64,000 nt of DNA from Patescibacteria group bacterium (GTDB lineage Bacteria; Patescibacteriota; Patescibacteriia; Patescibacteriales; WJLG01). Of the stretch, positions 37,688 to 46,836 are shown one piece after another; positions within the stretch are counted from its first letter, which is position 1, and every line of letters begins with the position of its first letter. The position numbers and the translations under genes were made by a program. The stretch lies in assembly GCA_041652555.1 (NCBI GenBank), contig JBAZHE010000001.1, positions 2,847 through 66,846 of the forward strand. The letters run 5' to 3'. The notes under the pieces were generated by a model. The model did not search any database, was not told the origin of the DNA, and worked only from the letters and a program-made list of their open reading frames with translations.

Positions 37688-38425
37688 TTATTTTTTTGAA
37701 TCAGAATAGGCTAAAAATTGGTTAAGATCTTCAGGTGTTCCGAGGCCGTGCATTTGTTCGATTTCTATATTGTAAATACCAATATTTTCGTCGTTCAAAA
37801 TCATTTCATTATAAACTGGGCAGACATAAAATTCGTTATTTGTGCGAATGTTTTTGTGGATCATTGAGTGGGCGGCGGCAATGAATTTTTTACCGCTTTT
37901 AAAATAGTAAACACCAACAGTGGCTTTATTGGAAATTAATTTTTTCTCTGCTACTTCAATTACTTTTCCAATTTCATCAACTCTAGCATAGCTCCATTTT
38001 GGGTGGCTTGATTCGAATGTCATGATTAGCCCGTCTACTCCTGGTTCGCGTCCTTTGGCAATGAAATCATTAATATCTGCTTTTATAAATTGATCGGCGT
38101 TGGCAATCATCATGTCGTCTTCGTTATTGATGTATTTGATGGCCGTTAAAACTGTGCAAACTGCACCCTCAGTGATTCCATCGATTTGTATTATTTCAAA
38201 TTTATTATTGCTAGCGTTTTGTAGTACATGGTAGAGGTCGTATTTTTCATAATGCTCTTTTTGACAGATGAAAATGAATTTGTGTTCGCATTCCGGTTGA
38301 AGGTTATTAACTACAACTTCAATCATGGTTTTTCCTTTAACGTCTATTAGTGGTTTAGGAAAAGTATAGCCTGCGGTTTGGAATCTGGAGCCACGTCCAG
38401 CCATTGGAATTACGATGTTCAGCAT
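37688..38425 (-). CDS. sugar-phosphate nucleotidyltransferase
   Basis: N-terminal MLNIVIPMAGRGSRF...PKPLIDVKGKTMIE, the G-x-G-(S/T)-R NTP-transferase signature. Confidence 0.8.
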   Translation of the reverse strand: MLNIVIPMAGRGSRFQTAGYTFPKPLIDVKGKTMIEVVVNNLQPECEHKFIFICQKEHYEKYDLYHVLQNASNNKFEIIQIDGITEGAVCTVLTAIKYINNEDDMMIANADQFIKADINDFIAKGREPGVDGLIMTFESSHPKWSYARVDEIGKVIEVAEKKLISNKATVGVYYFKSGKKFIAAAHSMIHKNIRTNNEFYVCPVYNEMILNDENIGIYNIEIEQMHGLGTPEDLNQFLAYSDSKK

Positions 38426-38438
38426 AAATTTATGATTA

Positions 38439-38777
38439 TTAAATTATATATTTGTCATTACTGGCGCCTGGAATTTTTATGACGGCGGTGTAGCCATCTT
38501 TAATGCATTGAAATTCCCCCAGTTCGCCAGGCTCTAAAGTCAAAATATCGCCTTCTTTTAATGAATGGTTATTCATGATAAAAACGCCAGAAGCAACGAC
38601 AGTGATTTCCTTGGCGATTTTATGATAATGTTTATTTTCAACGTCGCCGGCCTGATATTTTTTCAAAGCGAATTCGAATTGATCAGTTTTAATAATGCTT
38701 GGATTAAAATTGCCGACAATCCAGCCATTGGTAAAATCAGTTAATTTTGATTTTTGCATATTAGAATAATTTTTCAA
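38439..38777 (-). CDS. small cupin-domain protein
   Basis: GDVENKHYHKIAKEITVVASG fits cupin motif 1, G(x5)HxH(x3-4)E(x6)G, exactly. Confidence 0.75.
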   Translation of the reverse strand: MKNYSNMQKSKLTDFTNGWIVGNFNPSIIKTDQFEFALKKYQAGDVENKHYHKIAKEITVVASGVFIMNNHSLKEGDILTLEPGELGEFQCIKDGYTAVIKIPGASNDKYII

Positions 38778-39369
38778 ATAAGGATAAGTTTACATCGTGA
38801 ACGCCACGTACTTCATAGACTGTTGCGCCGCTAGCCTTGGCGGCGGCGATTCCTGGGGGTGCATCTTCAATAATAATTGCTTCACTTGGTTTTATCATTA
38901 AACGTCGGAAGGCGGTAAGATAGATTTCTGGGTGTGGTTTTGGGTTGGAAACTTCGTCATTACCGATGATTAGATCAAGATGTTCTTTTAACATCGCTGC
39001 CTCTAACATTAGGTGCAGGGTTTCTTTAATTGAATTAGAACAGCAAGCTAATTTGTAGCCACGGTTTCTTAAATGTTTTAACATGATTATTTTAGAATAA
39101 TCAGGAGCGCAATATTTTGGAATTATTTCCTTGGTATGTTTTTGCTTGATGGAGTTGATAAATTCGCGTAGACCGGCTGGCAGTCTATTCATTTCTTCTA
39201 GTTTTTCCAATTTTTTTGAGGTTGGTAGGCCATTAAAAATAGTTTCATGTTCCTCGCGGTTAATTTGGGCGCCAAATAATTTTAAGGCCCGGTTTAGGGC
39301 TTCGTAATGACCATTCGGCATATCTACTAGAACGCCGTCTAAATCGAATAATATAGCTTTTATTGGCAT
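38761..39369 (-). CDS. HAD-superfamily phosphatase/phosphomutase
   Basis: Motif I ILFDLDGVLVD, motif II CCSNS and motif IV IIEDAPPGIAAA. Start at ATG 39369. Confidence 0.8.
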   Translation of the reverse strand: MPIKAILFDLDGVLVDMPNGHYEALNRALKLFGAQINREEHETIFNGLPTSKKLEKLEEMNRLPAGLREFINSIKQKHTKEIIPKYCAPDYSKIIMLKHLRNRGYKLACCSNSIKETLHLMLEAAMLKEHLDLIIGNDEVSNPKPHPEIYLTAFRRLMIKPSEAIIIEDAPPGIAAAKASGATVYEVRGVHDVNLSLFEKLF

Positions 39370-39483
39370 AAAATGAGGTTGTTTTCTACCTTTTAGATTA
39401 TCAATAACTAATAGTAAAGTCAATTTTTTGTATTAGTCCAGCTCATTTTTGACTTCTGGGGAAAAATAAGGGAAAATAAAGAC

Positions 39484-40350
39484 ATGAATATTATAACGCA
39501 TCGCGGATTAAATCCATCCAGTGGTAATTATTACCCTGAAAGTACTTGGGAAGCCTTTTTAGATCAGCTTTCACGTGGGTATGGTCTTGAATTTGATGTT
39601 CAGTTTACGCGCGACAAAGAAGTGGTTGTTTTTCATAGCCCTGATTTGTCAGTTATCTCTAGTGGAACAATTAAGAGTAGGTTGTCAGAATTGAATGCGG
39701 TGGAAATAAAAGAGTTAAGATTTTCTGGCTGTCGACTTTGCTTTTTGGAAGAATTAATGGCGGCTATTATTGTTAGCAAAGCACCAATAAGTGCCATACA
39801 TTTTAAAGGTGTTTATCAGTCTGATGAATATCTAGAAATTTTATCATCTAAGCTTGAAGGTTTTGACTCAAAGCGTTTTATTATCTTTGATCTTAAAATT
39901 CCTGTTGCGCAAAAGATGAAAATAAAAAATTCCCAATGGCAACTAGCTGCATCCATTTCACATCCTTATGATATTGAGCGGTATAATCAGGTAGTACACG
40001 GGACATTGTTGACTGTTTCTGAAGTGGTGAATAATAAAAATATTTTTAATTGGGTTTGGCTAGATGAATGGGATAGAATAGATGAATGTGGTAAGGATAA
40101 GCTTTTGTATTCTCTTGAGATTTTTTATTTTTGCCGGCAGCATGGTTTTAAAATAGGTTTAGTAACTCCAGAGTTACACGCTACTTCGCCAGGATTACTT
40201 GGTGGTGAGTCACATCCAGACGCTGTTAATCAGAGAAAACTATCTATCAGGATTAAGGACATTATAATGCTTAAGCCAGATTTGATTTGTACTGACTATC
40301 CAGATGAGGTTGATAATTTAGTAATGTTGAGTAAAATAAATTATGAGTGA
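39484..40350 (+). CDS. glycerophosphodiester phosphodiesterase (GDPD)-like protein
   Basis: N-terminal IITHRGL...ESTWEAF...GLEFDVQFTRDKEVVVFH matches the GDPD H-R...E...E-x-D pattern. Confidence 0.65.
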   Translation: MNIITHRGLNPSSGNYYPESTWEAFLDQLSRGYGLEFDVQFTRDKEVVVFHSPDLSVISSGTIKSRLSELNAVEIKELRFSGCRLCFLEELMAAIIVSKAPISAIHFKGVYQSDEYLEILSSKLEGFDSKRFIIFDLKIPVAQKMKIKNSQWQLAASISHPYDIERYNQVVHGTLLTVSEVVNNKNIFNWVWLDEWDRIDECGKDKLLYSLEIFYFCRQHGFKIGLVTPELHATSPGLLGGESHPDAVNQRKLSIRIKDIIMLKPDLICTDYPDEVDNLVMLSKINYE

Positions 40351-41731
40351 TTTTTGGAAGAAAATTTATAAGGTTATTGATAAAAATGCTATTTTTTTAG
40401 CAATTATTTTTTCGGCGCTAATTATTTTTGTTAACGCTTCGGTTTATTTTCGGCAATATGATAGCAAGGATCAAGATGCTTACGCTTCGGCGCATTCCCA
40501 TGGTTTCGCTACGGCAAATTTTGCCCCAGATAGCTGGCACAACCCAATCGTTGCCAAAGAAATTAATTTGCCTTCTGGAACAATAAAAAATTATAATCAT
40601 TGGCCGAATGGATTTTTTGCCGTCTTTGCCTTGGTGATAAAAATTTTTGGCTCAAACGAAGTTACTGGTCGAAGTTTTGCTATTTTGCTTAACTTGTCAG
40701 GTTTGTTTATTTTAGCTGCATCTTTTGTGCGCAAGAATAAAATTGTTTATTTGGCTGTACCGTTTATTTTACTTTCTCGGATGGGTCGTGATGCAGTGCC
40801 ATTTGTTTTTTTGGATTCTGCCTTTTTTCTTTTTGTTAGTTTGATTGTTTATGCTGTTTCTTTGTTGGACGAAGTGAAGAATCACAAAAAAGCGAGGAAT
40901 ATTTTTTTAGTCGCTTCAATCGTCGGACCATTTTTTTGTCAGCTTATTATTATTTTTTCTTTTTTAGCTGTGCCGGTATTTTATTATTTTGACCGTAACA
41001 AAAAAAGACTGCTGGTTAATTTGTTTTTGCCGTTTTTGGCCACAGTTGTTGTTTTATTAGGGATGTCTTTGGCCGGGCAAGGATTTTTAAATGGTTTTAT
41101 AGAGCTGTATAAGCAATTTATGCATCGAGTTGGAATTCATGAACGTTATGATGAATATGTTAGTTTTTTTTCTCTGGCTAAAACTATAGGAAAACATTGG
41201 CTTTTGAATTTGAATTTTTTAATGATTTTTATTCCGCTTTCTTGGTGGTCGCTATTTAGGCAAAAGAATCCGACAGCTTATTTTTTGCCGGCGGCAATAA
41301 TTTATTCTTTTGTAATGCGCAACTATGTTGGAGTTCATTTTTTTGCCGGCTTACCTGTCACGGCCGCCGCTATTTTTACAGTTATCTCCGCTTCATCTGG
41401 TTGGTTGGATAAAAAAAATTTAGGAATTTTATTTTTATTTTTATTAGTTGTTTCAGCTTTTGGTGTGTTCTTGGTCCCGGAAAAATACCAGACATATGAA
41501 AGCATAAAAGCACAAAGGAATCTTTATGCGGATATTGCCGTTAGCAAAAAATCTGAAAATTGCCGTTCATTTAATATCACCACGCCAGATGGTGTGGAAG
41601 TAGATTATCGTTTAGTGCAGTTTTTTCTCGGCCCAGTTGTTATTAACAAAATAAAAAAAGGTGAAGCGGGAAAAGAATGTTTTTTACGGGTTAATTTTAT
41701 AAATAGTCGTTTTGCGATTGAGAATGATTAA
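40343..41731 (+). CDS. polytopic membrane protein (possible GT-C-type glycosyltransferase or polymerase)
   Basis: At least 10 hydrophobic helices, an acidic first loop (DSKDQDAY) and a soluble C-terminal domain. The function is inferred from context only. Confidence 0.5.
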   Translation: MSDFWKKIYKVIDKNAIFLAIIFSALIIFVNASVYFRQYDSKDQDAYASAHSHGFATANFAPDSWHNPIVAKEINLPSGTIKNYNHWPNGFFAVFALVIKIFGSNEVTGRSFAILLNLSGLFILAASFVRKNKIVYLAVPFILLSRMGRDAVPFVFLDSAFFLFVSLIVYAVSLLDEVKNHKKARNIFLVASIVGPFFCQLIIIFSFLAVPVFYYFDRNKKRLLVNLFLPFLATVVVLLGMSLAGQGFLNGFIELYKQFMHRVGIHERYDEYVSFFSLAKTIGKHWLLNLNFLMIFIPLSWWSLFRQKNPTAYFLPAAIIYSFVMRNYVGVHFFAGLPVTAAAIFTVISASSGWLDKKNLGILFLFLLVVSAFGVFLVPEKYQTYESIKAQRNLYADIAVSKKSENCRSFNITTPDGVEVDYRLVQFFLGPVVINKIKKGEAGKECFLRVNFINSRFAIEND

Positions 41732-41796
41732 ATTTTTATTAATTTAATTTTTCGTGACACAAAACTGTGAGATAGTTGAAGTGTTTTTTTGTTTTT

Positions 41797-42225
41797 TTAA
41801 AGTGTTGAGGGCTTTGGTTTGGCACCGGCGTAAACGAAATACTTGTACAATAAAAAATTCCAAGAAACAGCAAGGATAATAGAGGCAAGACGGATGAGAC
41901 GATAATCAAATTTTAGGCGGTTATTAAATATATACATCACGGATACGGAGAAAGAGTAATTAAAAATCATAACAATACTGAAGCGTAAAAGTTGGCGATG
42001 TGTTAGTGAGTGTTGTTTGAATGACCAATATTTGTTAGCGAGAAAAACAAAGGTTAAAATAAATATTTGATTGGCTATAACAGCGATGAACGGTAGTAAA
42101 TGTAAGATTTCTTTTAGGAAAATCAAGCTGGACATATCCAAAATTACGCCGATTACGCCAACGATGAAATATTTGGCGAATTGCTGGCGCAATGACCATA
42201 AAAATTTTGCGGTTTTTTTAATCAT
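41797..42225 (-). CDS. GtrA-family membrane protein
   Basis: 142 aa with 4 TM helices. FAKYFIVGVIGVILDM...WNFLLYKYFVY follows the GtrA pattern. Confidence 0.75.
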   Translation of the reverse strand: MIKKTAKFLWSLRQQFAKYFIVGVIGVILDMSSLIFLKEILHLLPFIAVIANQIFILTFVFLANKYWSFKQHSLTHRQLLRFSIVMIFNYSFSVSVMYIFNNRLKFDYRLIRLASIILAVSWNFLLYKYFVYAGAKPKPSTL

Positions 42226-43153
42226 TTTTTTTGTTTTCTAAGTACCATTGATAATAAGATTTTAATCCGTCTGCTAAATTAATTTTATGTCTCCAACCTA
42301 AGTCGTGTATTTTTGAAACGTCTAACAATTTACGCGCTGTGCCGTCCGGTTTACTTTTGTCCCAAGTTATTTTTCCAGAAAATCCAGTGATGTTTTTTAT
42401 TGTTTCTGCAATCTCTTTAATTGAAACGTCTTCGCCAGTGCCAATATTAATTATTTCTCCTTGGTCATAATTATTTATTAAAAAAATACAGGCGTCAGCT
42501 AAATCATCAACATGGAGAAATTCACGTCGTGCTGACCCAGTTCCCCAAACTACGGTTTCCTGGGAATTATTTATTTTAGCTTCGTGAAACTTACGTAATA
42601 ATGCCGGTAGAACATGGGAATTTTGCAAATCAAAATTATCATTTTGTCCGTATAGATTAGTGGGCATAACGGAAATAAAATTCGTGCCGTATTGTCGGTT
42701 ATAAGATTGGCATTCTATAATGCCGGCGATTTTGGCAACCGCATATGGTTTATTGGTTTCTTCCAGTGGACCGGTTAAGAGATATTCTTCTTTAATTGGT
42801 TGTTGACATTCGCGCGGATAGATGCAGGAACTACCAAGGAATAATAATTTTTTTACACCAGACAGATGGGCTTGGCGTATTATATTATTTTGAACGGTTA
42901 AATTTTGATAGATAAAATCAGCCGGATAAGTTTGATTACTAACAATGCCACCCACCTTGGCCGCGGCCAAAAAAACATATTCCGGTTTTTCTTTCTGAAA
43001 AAATTCAGCTGTTGCTTGTTGGTCAAGCAGATCCAGCTCCGCCCTGGTTTTTAGAATTAAGTTATTAAAGCCTTTGGTTTTTAATTTTCTAGCGATGGCG
43101 GAGCCAACTAATCCGTTGTGTCCGGCAATATAGATTTTTGCAGAGGTGTCCAT
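42218..43153 (-). CDS. fcl: GDP-L-fucose synthase (GDP-4-keto-6-deoxymannose epimerase/reductase)
   Basis: SDR fold with IYIAGHNGLVGSAI and YAVAKIAG (YxxxK). It lies directly downstream of gmd. Confidence 0.9.
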   Translation of the reverse strand: MDTSAKIYIAGHNGLVGSAIARKLKTKGFNNLILKTRAELDLLDQQATAEFFQKEKPEYVFLAAAKVGGIVSNQTYPADFIYQNLTVQNNIIRQAHLSGVKKLLFLGSSCIYPRECQQPIKEEYLLTGPLEETNKPYAVAKIAGIIECQSYNRQYGTNFISVMPTNLYGQNDNFDLQNSHVLPALLRKFHEAKINNSQETVVWGTGSARREFLHVDDLADACIFLINNYDQGEIINIGTGEDVSIKEIAETIKNITGFSGKITWDKSKPDGTARKLLDVSKIHDLGWRHKINLADGLKSYYQWYLENKKND

Positions 43154-43165
43154 ATTATTTTTATT

Positions 43166-44203
43166 TTAAATTTTTGTTTTTTCCGCCTCAAGATCTGACT
43201 CGCACATTTCTTTAACTAATTCTTCGAAGGAAGTTTTTGGTTGCCAGCCAAGTTTGTTTTTAGCCTTGGTCGGATCGCCTAAAAGAATATCAACCTCGGT
43301 TGGTCGAAAATATTTTGGGTCTATTTCAATAATTGTTTCCCCAGTATTTTTATCAATCCCTTTTTCATTAAGGCCATTCCCTTGCCAAGTAAGATTAATG
43401 CCAAAATAATGGGCGGATTTTTCAACGAATTCGCGAACAGTATGAGCTTCTCCAGTCGCTAAGACAAAATCATCCGGTTCGGGGGTTTGTAGCATCTGCC
43501 ACATTCCATACACATAATCTCTGGCGTGACCCCAGTCGCGCTTGGCATCGAGATTTCCTAAGAATAGTTTTTTATCTTTACCTAGTTTAATGCGGGCCAA
43601 GCCTCGGGTTATTTTTCTGGTAACAAAAGTTTCACCACGTCGAGGAGACTCGTGATTAAAAAGAATACCGTTTACTGCAAAAAGATTGTAAGCTTCGCGG
43701 TAATTTTTTGTAATCCAATAGGCATATACTTTAGCACAGCCATATGGTGAGCGGGGATAGAAGGGAGAAGTTTCTTTTAGTGGAATTTCTATGGCGCGAC
43801 CAAACATTTCTGAGGACGAAGCTTGATAGAATTTTGTTTTGATTCCCGACTCGCGAATAGTATCTAATAAACGCAAGGTTCCAAGGCCGGTAACATCAGC
43901 TGTGTATTCTGGCATATCAAAAGAAACGCGAACATGGCTTTGTGCTCCTAAATTATAGATTTCATCCGGTTTTATTTTTTCTAATAACCGACTTAAATTA
44001 CTTGAATCTGATAAGTCTCCATAGTGCAAAAACATTTTTACACCATTAGTGTGGGTATCTTTATAGAGATGATCGATGCGGCCGGTATTAAAAGTGCTAG
44101 AGCGCCGGATTAATCCGTGGACCTCGTAACCTTTTTCTAATAATAATTCCGCTAGATATGACCCGTCTTGGCCGGTGATACCGGTTATAAGCGCTTTTTT
44201 CAT
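43166..44203 (-). CDS. gmd: GDP-mannose 4,6-dehydratase
   Basis: [44 protein letters not shown] and FNHESPRRG. Confidence 0.95.
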   Translation of the reverse strand: MKKALITGITGQDGSYLAELLLEKGYEVHGLIRRSSTFNTGRIDHLYKDTHTNGVKMFLHYGDLSDSSNLSRLLEKIKPDEIYNLGAQSHVRVSFDMPEYTADVTGLGTLRLLDTIRESGIKTKFYQASSSEMFGRAIEIPLKETSPFYPRSPYGCAKVYAYWITKNYREAYNLFAVNGILFNHESPRRGETFVTRKITRGLARIKLGKDKKLFLGNLDAKRDWGHARDYVYGMWQMLQTPEPDDFVLATGEAHTVREFVEKSAHYFGINLTWQGNGLNEKGIDKNTGETIIEIDPKYFRPTEVDILLGDPTKAKNKLGWQPKTSFEELVKEMCESDLEAEKTKI

Positions 44204-44226
44204 AGTTTTTATTTTTTATTAATCGC

Positions 44227-45612
44227 CTATCGACCTGCTCGTAAAAAAACCGTTGCAATAGTTTTTAAAATAATAGAGAAATCCAAAAAAAGCGAGCGGT
44301 GTTTTATATAATAGAGGTCGTATTGTAATTTTTTCATAGTGTCCTCATAAGAAGGCGAGTGGTATTCGCCAGAAATTTGGTCAACTCCGGTTAAGCCCGG
44401 TTTTGTTAAAGTACGTTCGCTATAAAAAGGTATTTGTTTCTCTAGCTCGGTTACTAGCCCCGGCCGTTCTGGGCGCGGGCCGACAAAACTCATCTCTCCT
44501 TTTAAAATATTTAAAATTTGCGGTAATTCATCTAGACGCGATTTGCGCAAAAAATTTCCCAAGGCGGTAATTCTTTTGTCGCCATCAACAGTAGGGGAAC
44601 TGTCATTATTTTCTGTCCGCATTGTTCGGAATTTTAGTATTTTAAACTCTTGACCGTTTTGTCCGACGCGGGTTTGTTTAAAAAAAGCCGGACCGCGTGA
44701 TTCTATTTTTATCACTAAAATTATCAATGGCCAAAAAATTATTGTTATTAATAAAACTATTAGGGCACCTATAATGTCAACCACTTTTTTGAAAATATCG
44801 GCGTTATTTTGTCCGCCTTCGTTTAGATTTTCTAAGAACCACATTTTGCCGATAGCTTCTATTGGTACTTTGCCGGTGATGGTTTCGTAAAAGTTTATTA
44901 AGTTTATAAAACTGATTTTTAGGTGTAAGCATTCAAATAATAGACTGCGTCGTTTTTCTGAATCTGGATTTTCCGCTAAGATTATGTGGCTTATTTTTTT
45001 GCGGTTTATTAATTCCGGTAAATCTTTAAAAGCGCTAAAGATTGGTGTGCCGTTAATTTCTTTTTGGTCTGGTCTTTTTTCATCCAAAATAAAAGAAATA
45101 TGAAAACCTAAGTGCGGTTGTTGTTTTATTTCCATTAATAATTTTTCTGCTAATGTGCTTAGGCCGATGATAGCGATATTATTTTTTGGCAGATAAGATG
45201 ATAGTATGGCATTAAAAATCACGCGCCAAATAGAAAAAATTATAAAGAAAACGCCGACAAAAATAGCTAGATTTGTTTTTGGGGTGATTCCTGTTAATGG
45301 CGAAAAATAAAAAAAGAGTACAGAAAGCAAGGCTGAAAAAAGAAAAGTTTGGCCGATTTTTGAGAAAAATTTGGCGCTGTTGGCAGCTTGGCGCAGATTA
45401 TATAGATCGGCGATAAAAAAAATTACTAGCCAGCCAGCAAAAATTATTGTAAATGGCAACAAATGTGCTTGCCAAATTTCTGCTTCCGGCCATTGCCAAT
45501 AACGTAAGGCAATAGTTAAAAATAAAGCTATATACATAGCAGTAACGTCGCCTGCTAGGAGGAGAATTTTTTTGAAATGATTGTTCATATTTTTATGGCT
45601 TAAATTTAACAT
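44227..45612 (-). CDS. polyprenyl-phosphate sugar phosphotransferase (WbaP/WcaJ-like initiating enzyme)
   Basis: N-terminal TM helices and a C-terminal Bac_transf domain with GPAFFKQTRVG...KFRTM...DELPQILNILKGEMSFVGPRPE. Confidence 0.9.
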   Translation of the reverse strand: MLNLSHKNMNNHFKKILLLAGDVTAMYIALFLTIALRYWQWPEAEIWQAHLLPFTIIFAGWLVIFFIADLYNLRQAANSAKFFSKIGQTFLFSALLSVLFFYFSPLTGITPKTNLAIFVGVFFIIFSIWRVIFNAILSSYLPKNNIAIIGLSTLAEKLLMEIKQQPHLGFHISFILDEKRPDQKEINGTPIFSAFKDLPELINRKKISHIILAENPDSEKRRSLLFECLHLKISFINLINFYETITGKVPIEAIGKMWFLENLNEGGQNNADIFKKVVDIIGALIVLLITIIFWPLIILVIKIESRGPAFFKQTRVGQNGQEFKILKFRTMRTENNDSSPTVDGDKRITALGNFLRKSRLDELPQILNILKGEMSFVGPRPERPGLVTELEKQIPFYSERTLTKPGLTGVDQISGEYHSPSYEDTMKKLQYDLYYIKHRSLFLDFSIILKTIATVFLRAGR

Positions 45613-45667
45613 AAGTTTTGATAAAAATCAACTTGATTTAAGAAGATTATAATGTTAATATTTAAGT

Positions 45668-46717
45668 ATGGAAAAACCTTTAAAGAATAAGTGGCCACTA
45701 GTAGGCAATCGGCAAGTTTCTGATTTCTTGGAAAAAAGCGTAGTGGCGGGTAATTTAGCCAGTGCTTATATTTTTTTTGGTCTAAAAGATTTGGGAAAAA
45801 CGGCGGCGGCGGTTTATTTCGCGCAAACGCTTTTGTGTCAAAAGCACCAGACTGGAGTTTTTGCTCCGCCTTGCGGTGAATGTTCTTCTTGCTCGCGATT
45901 TTCTTCTAAAAATAGTGATAGTCAAAATCTGGAAGTTACCCATGGAGATTTTCACGTGTTGAGAAAAAAATCTGATAAAAAAAATATTTCCGTGGAAGAT
46001 GTGCGGGAGTTTATTCGATTGTTGTCTTTAAGCTCTTTTTTAGGTTCTTATAAAATTGGTCTGATTAAGGAGGCGGAGAATTTGAGCCAGGAAGCGGCCA
46101 ATGCACTTTTGAAAACCTTGGAAGAGCCACGGTTGAAAGTAATAATTATTTTAACTGTTTCCCGTTTGGATATTTTGCCAAAAACAATTCTTTCTCGCAG
46201 CCAGATTTTGCGTTTTGCGCCGGTGAAATTTTCTGAAATCCACGATTTTTTAATGAAAGAGAAAAACTTTACCCGCGACGTGGCGTTGAATGCCGCCAAG
46301 CTCTCTTTGGGTCGTCCGGCCTTGGCTGCTAAATTTGCCGAAGATCGCGATTTTCACGAGAACTATGGTGTGTCCGCTGATTGCTTTTTGAATTTTTTTC
46401 AGCAGGGGATTGCCAAACGTTTTAAAAATATTGATTCTCTGTTAGCTATTCGCGATTCTAACGAGGGGCAGGGAGAAAAAGTTATGGAGATTATTGGTGT
46501 TTGGCGAGGCTTGGCGCGTGATCTTTTATTGTTATCTGCCGTTTCTGGAAATTTGGCACAGAATTACAATCGTCTGTCGGATTTGGAAAAAATAAGCCAA
46601 AGTCGCCAATGTTTTTTTTGGCCAAAGCTTTTAAAAAAAATTGATTTGGCGGAAGATTATGTTCGCGCCAATGTTAATCCGCGTCTAGTCTTAGAAGGCA
46701 TTGCCGCAGATATTTAG
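45668..46717 (+). CDS. holB: DNA polymerase III delta' subunit
   Basis: AYIFFGLKDLGKT, Zn module CGECSSCS, LKTLEEP and the SRSQ sensor region. Confidence 0.85.
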   Translation: MEKPLKNKWPLVGNRQVSDFLEKSVVAGNLASAYIFFGLKDLGKTAAAVYFAQTLLCQKHQTGVFAPPCGECSSCSRFSSKNSDSQNLEVTHGDFHVLRKKSDKKNISVEDVREFIRLLSLSSFLGSYKIGLIKEAENLSQEAANALLKTLEEPRLKVIIILTVSRLDILPKTILSRSQILRFAPVKFSEIHDFLMKEKNFTRDVALNAAKLSLGRPALAAKFAEDRDFHENYGVSADCFLNFFQQGIAKRFKNIDSLLAIRDSNEGQGEKVMEIIGVWRGLARDLLLLSAVSGNLAQNYNRLSDLEKISQSRQCFFWPKLLKKIDLAEDYVRANVNPRLVLEGIAADI

Positions 46718-46721
46718 TATT

Positions 46722-46812
46722 AATCCCCTCTAGAAATCTGTCTGTCCGGTAGGCAGGGAGGGGTGGTTCGGTACTCCGATTTATCCCGTTCGCTGGAGAC
46801 GGGGTGTGTTGT
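46722..46812 (+). repeat. GC-rich double-hairpin repeat, copy C (both loops expanded)
   Basis: AATCCCCTCTAGAAATCTGTCTGTCCGGTAGGCAGGGAGGGGTGGTTCGGTACTCCGATTTATCCCGTTCGCTGGAGACGGGGTGTGTTGTG. Confidence 0.8.
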
Positions 46813-46836
46813 GCCGGCCATATAACAAAAATAAAT

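Noticed and set aside
21331-45612. Glycan island as a mobile genomic island or prophage
   Set aside because: No integrase, transposase, phage gene or flanking direct repeats or tRNA were seen at its borders. The tRNA pair is 16 kb away, and base composition looks similar to the flanks by eye.
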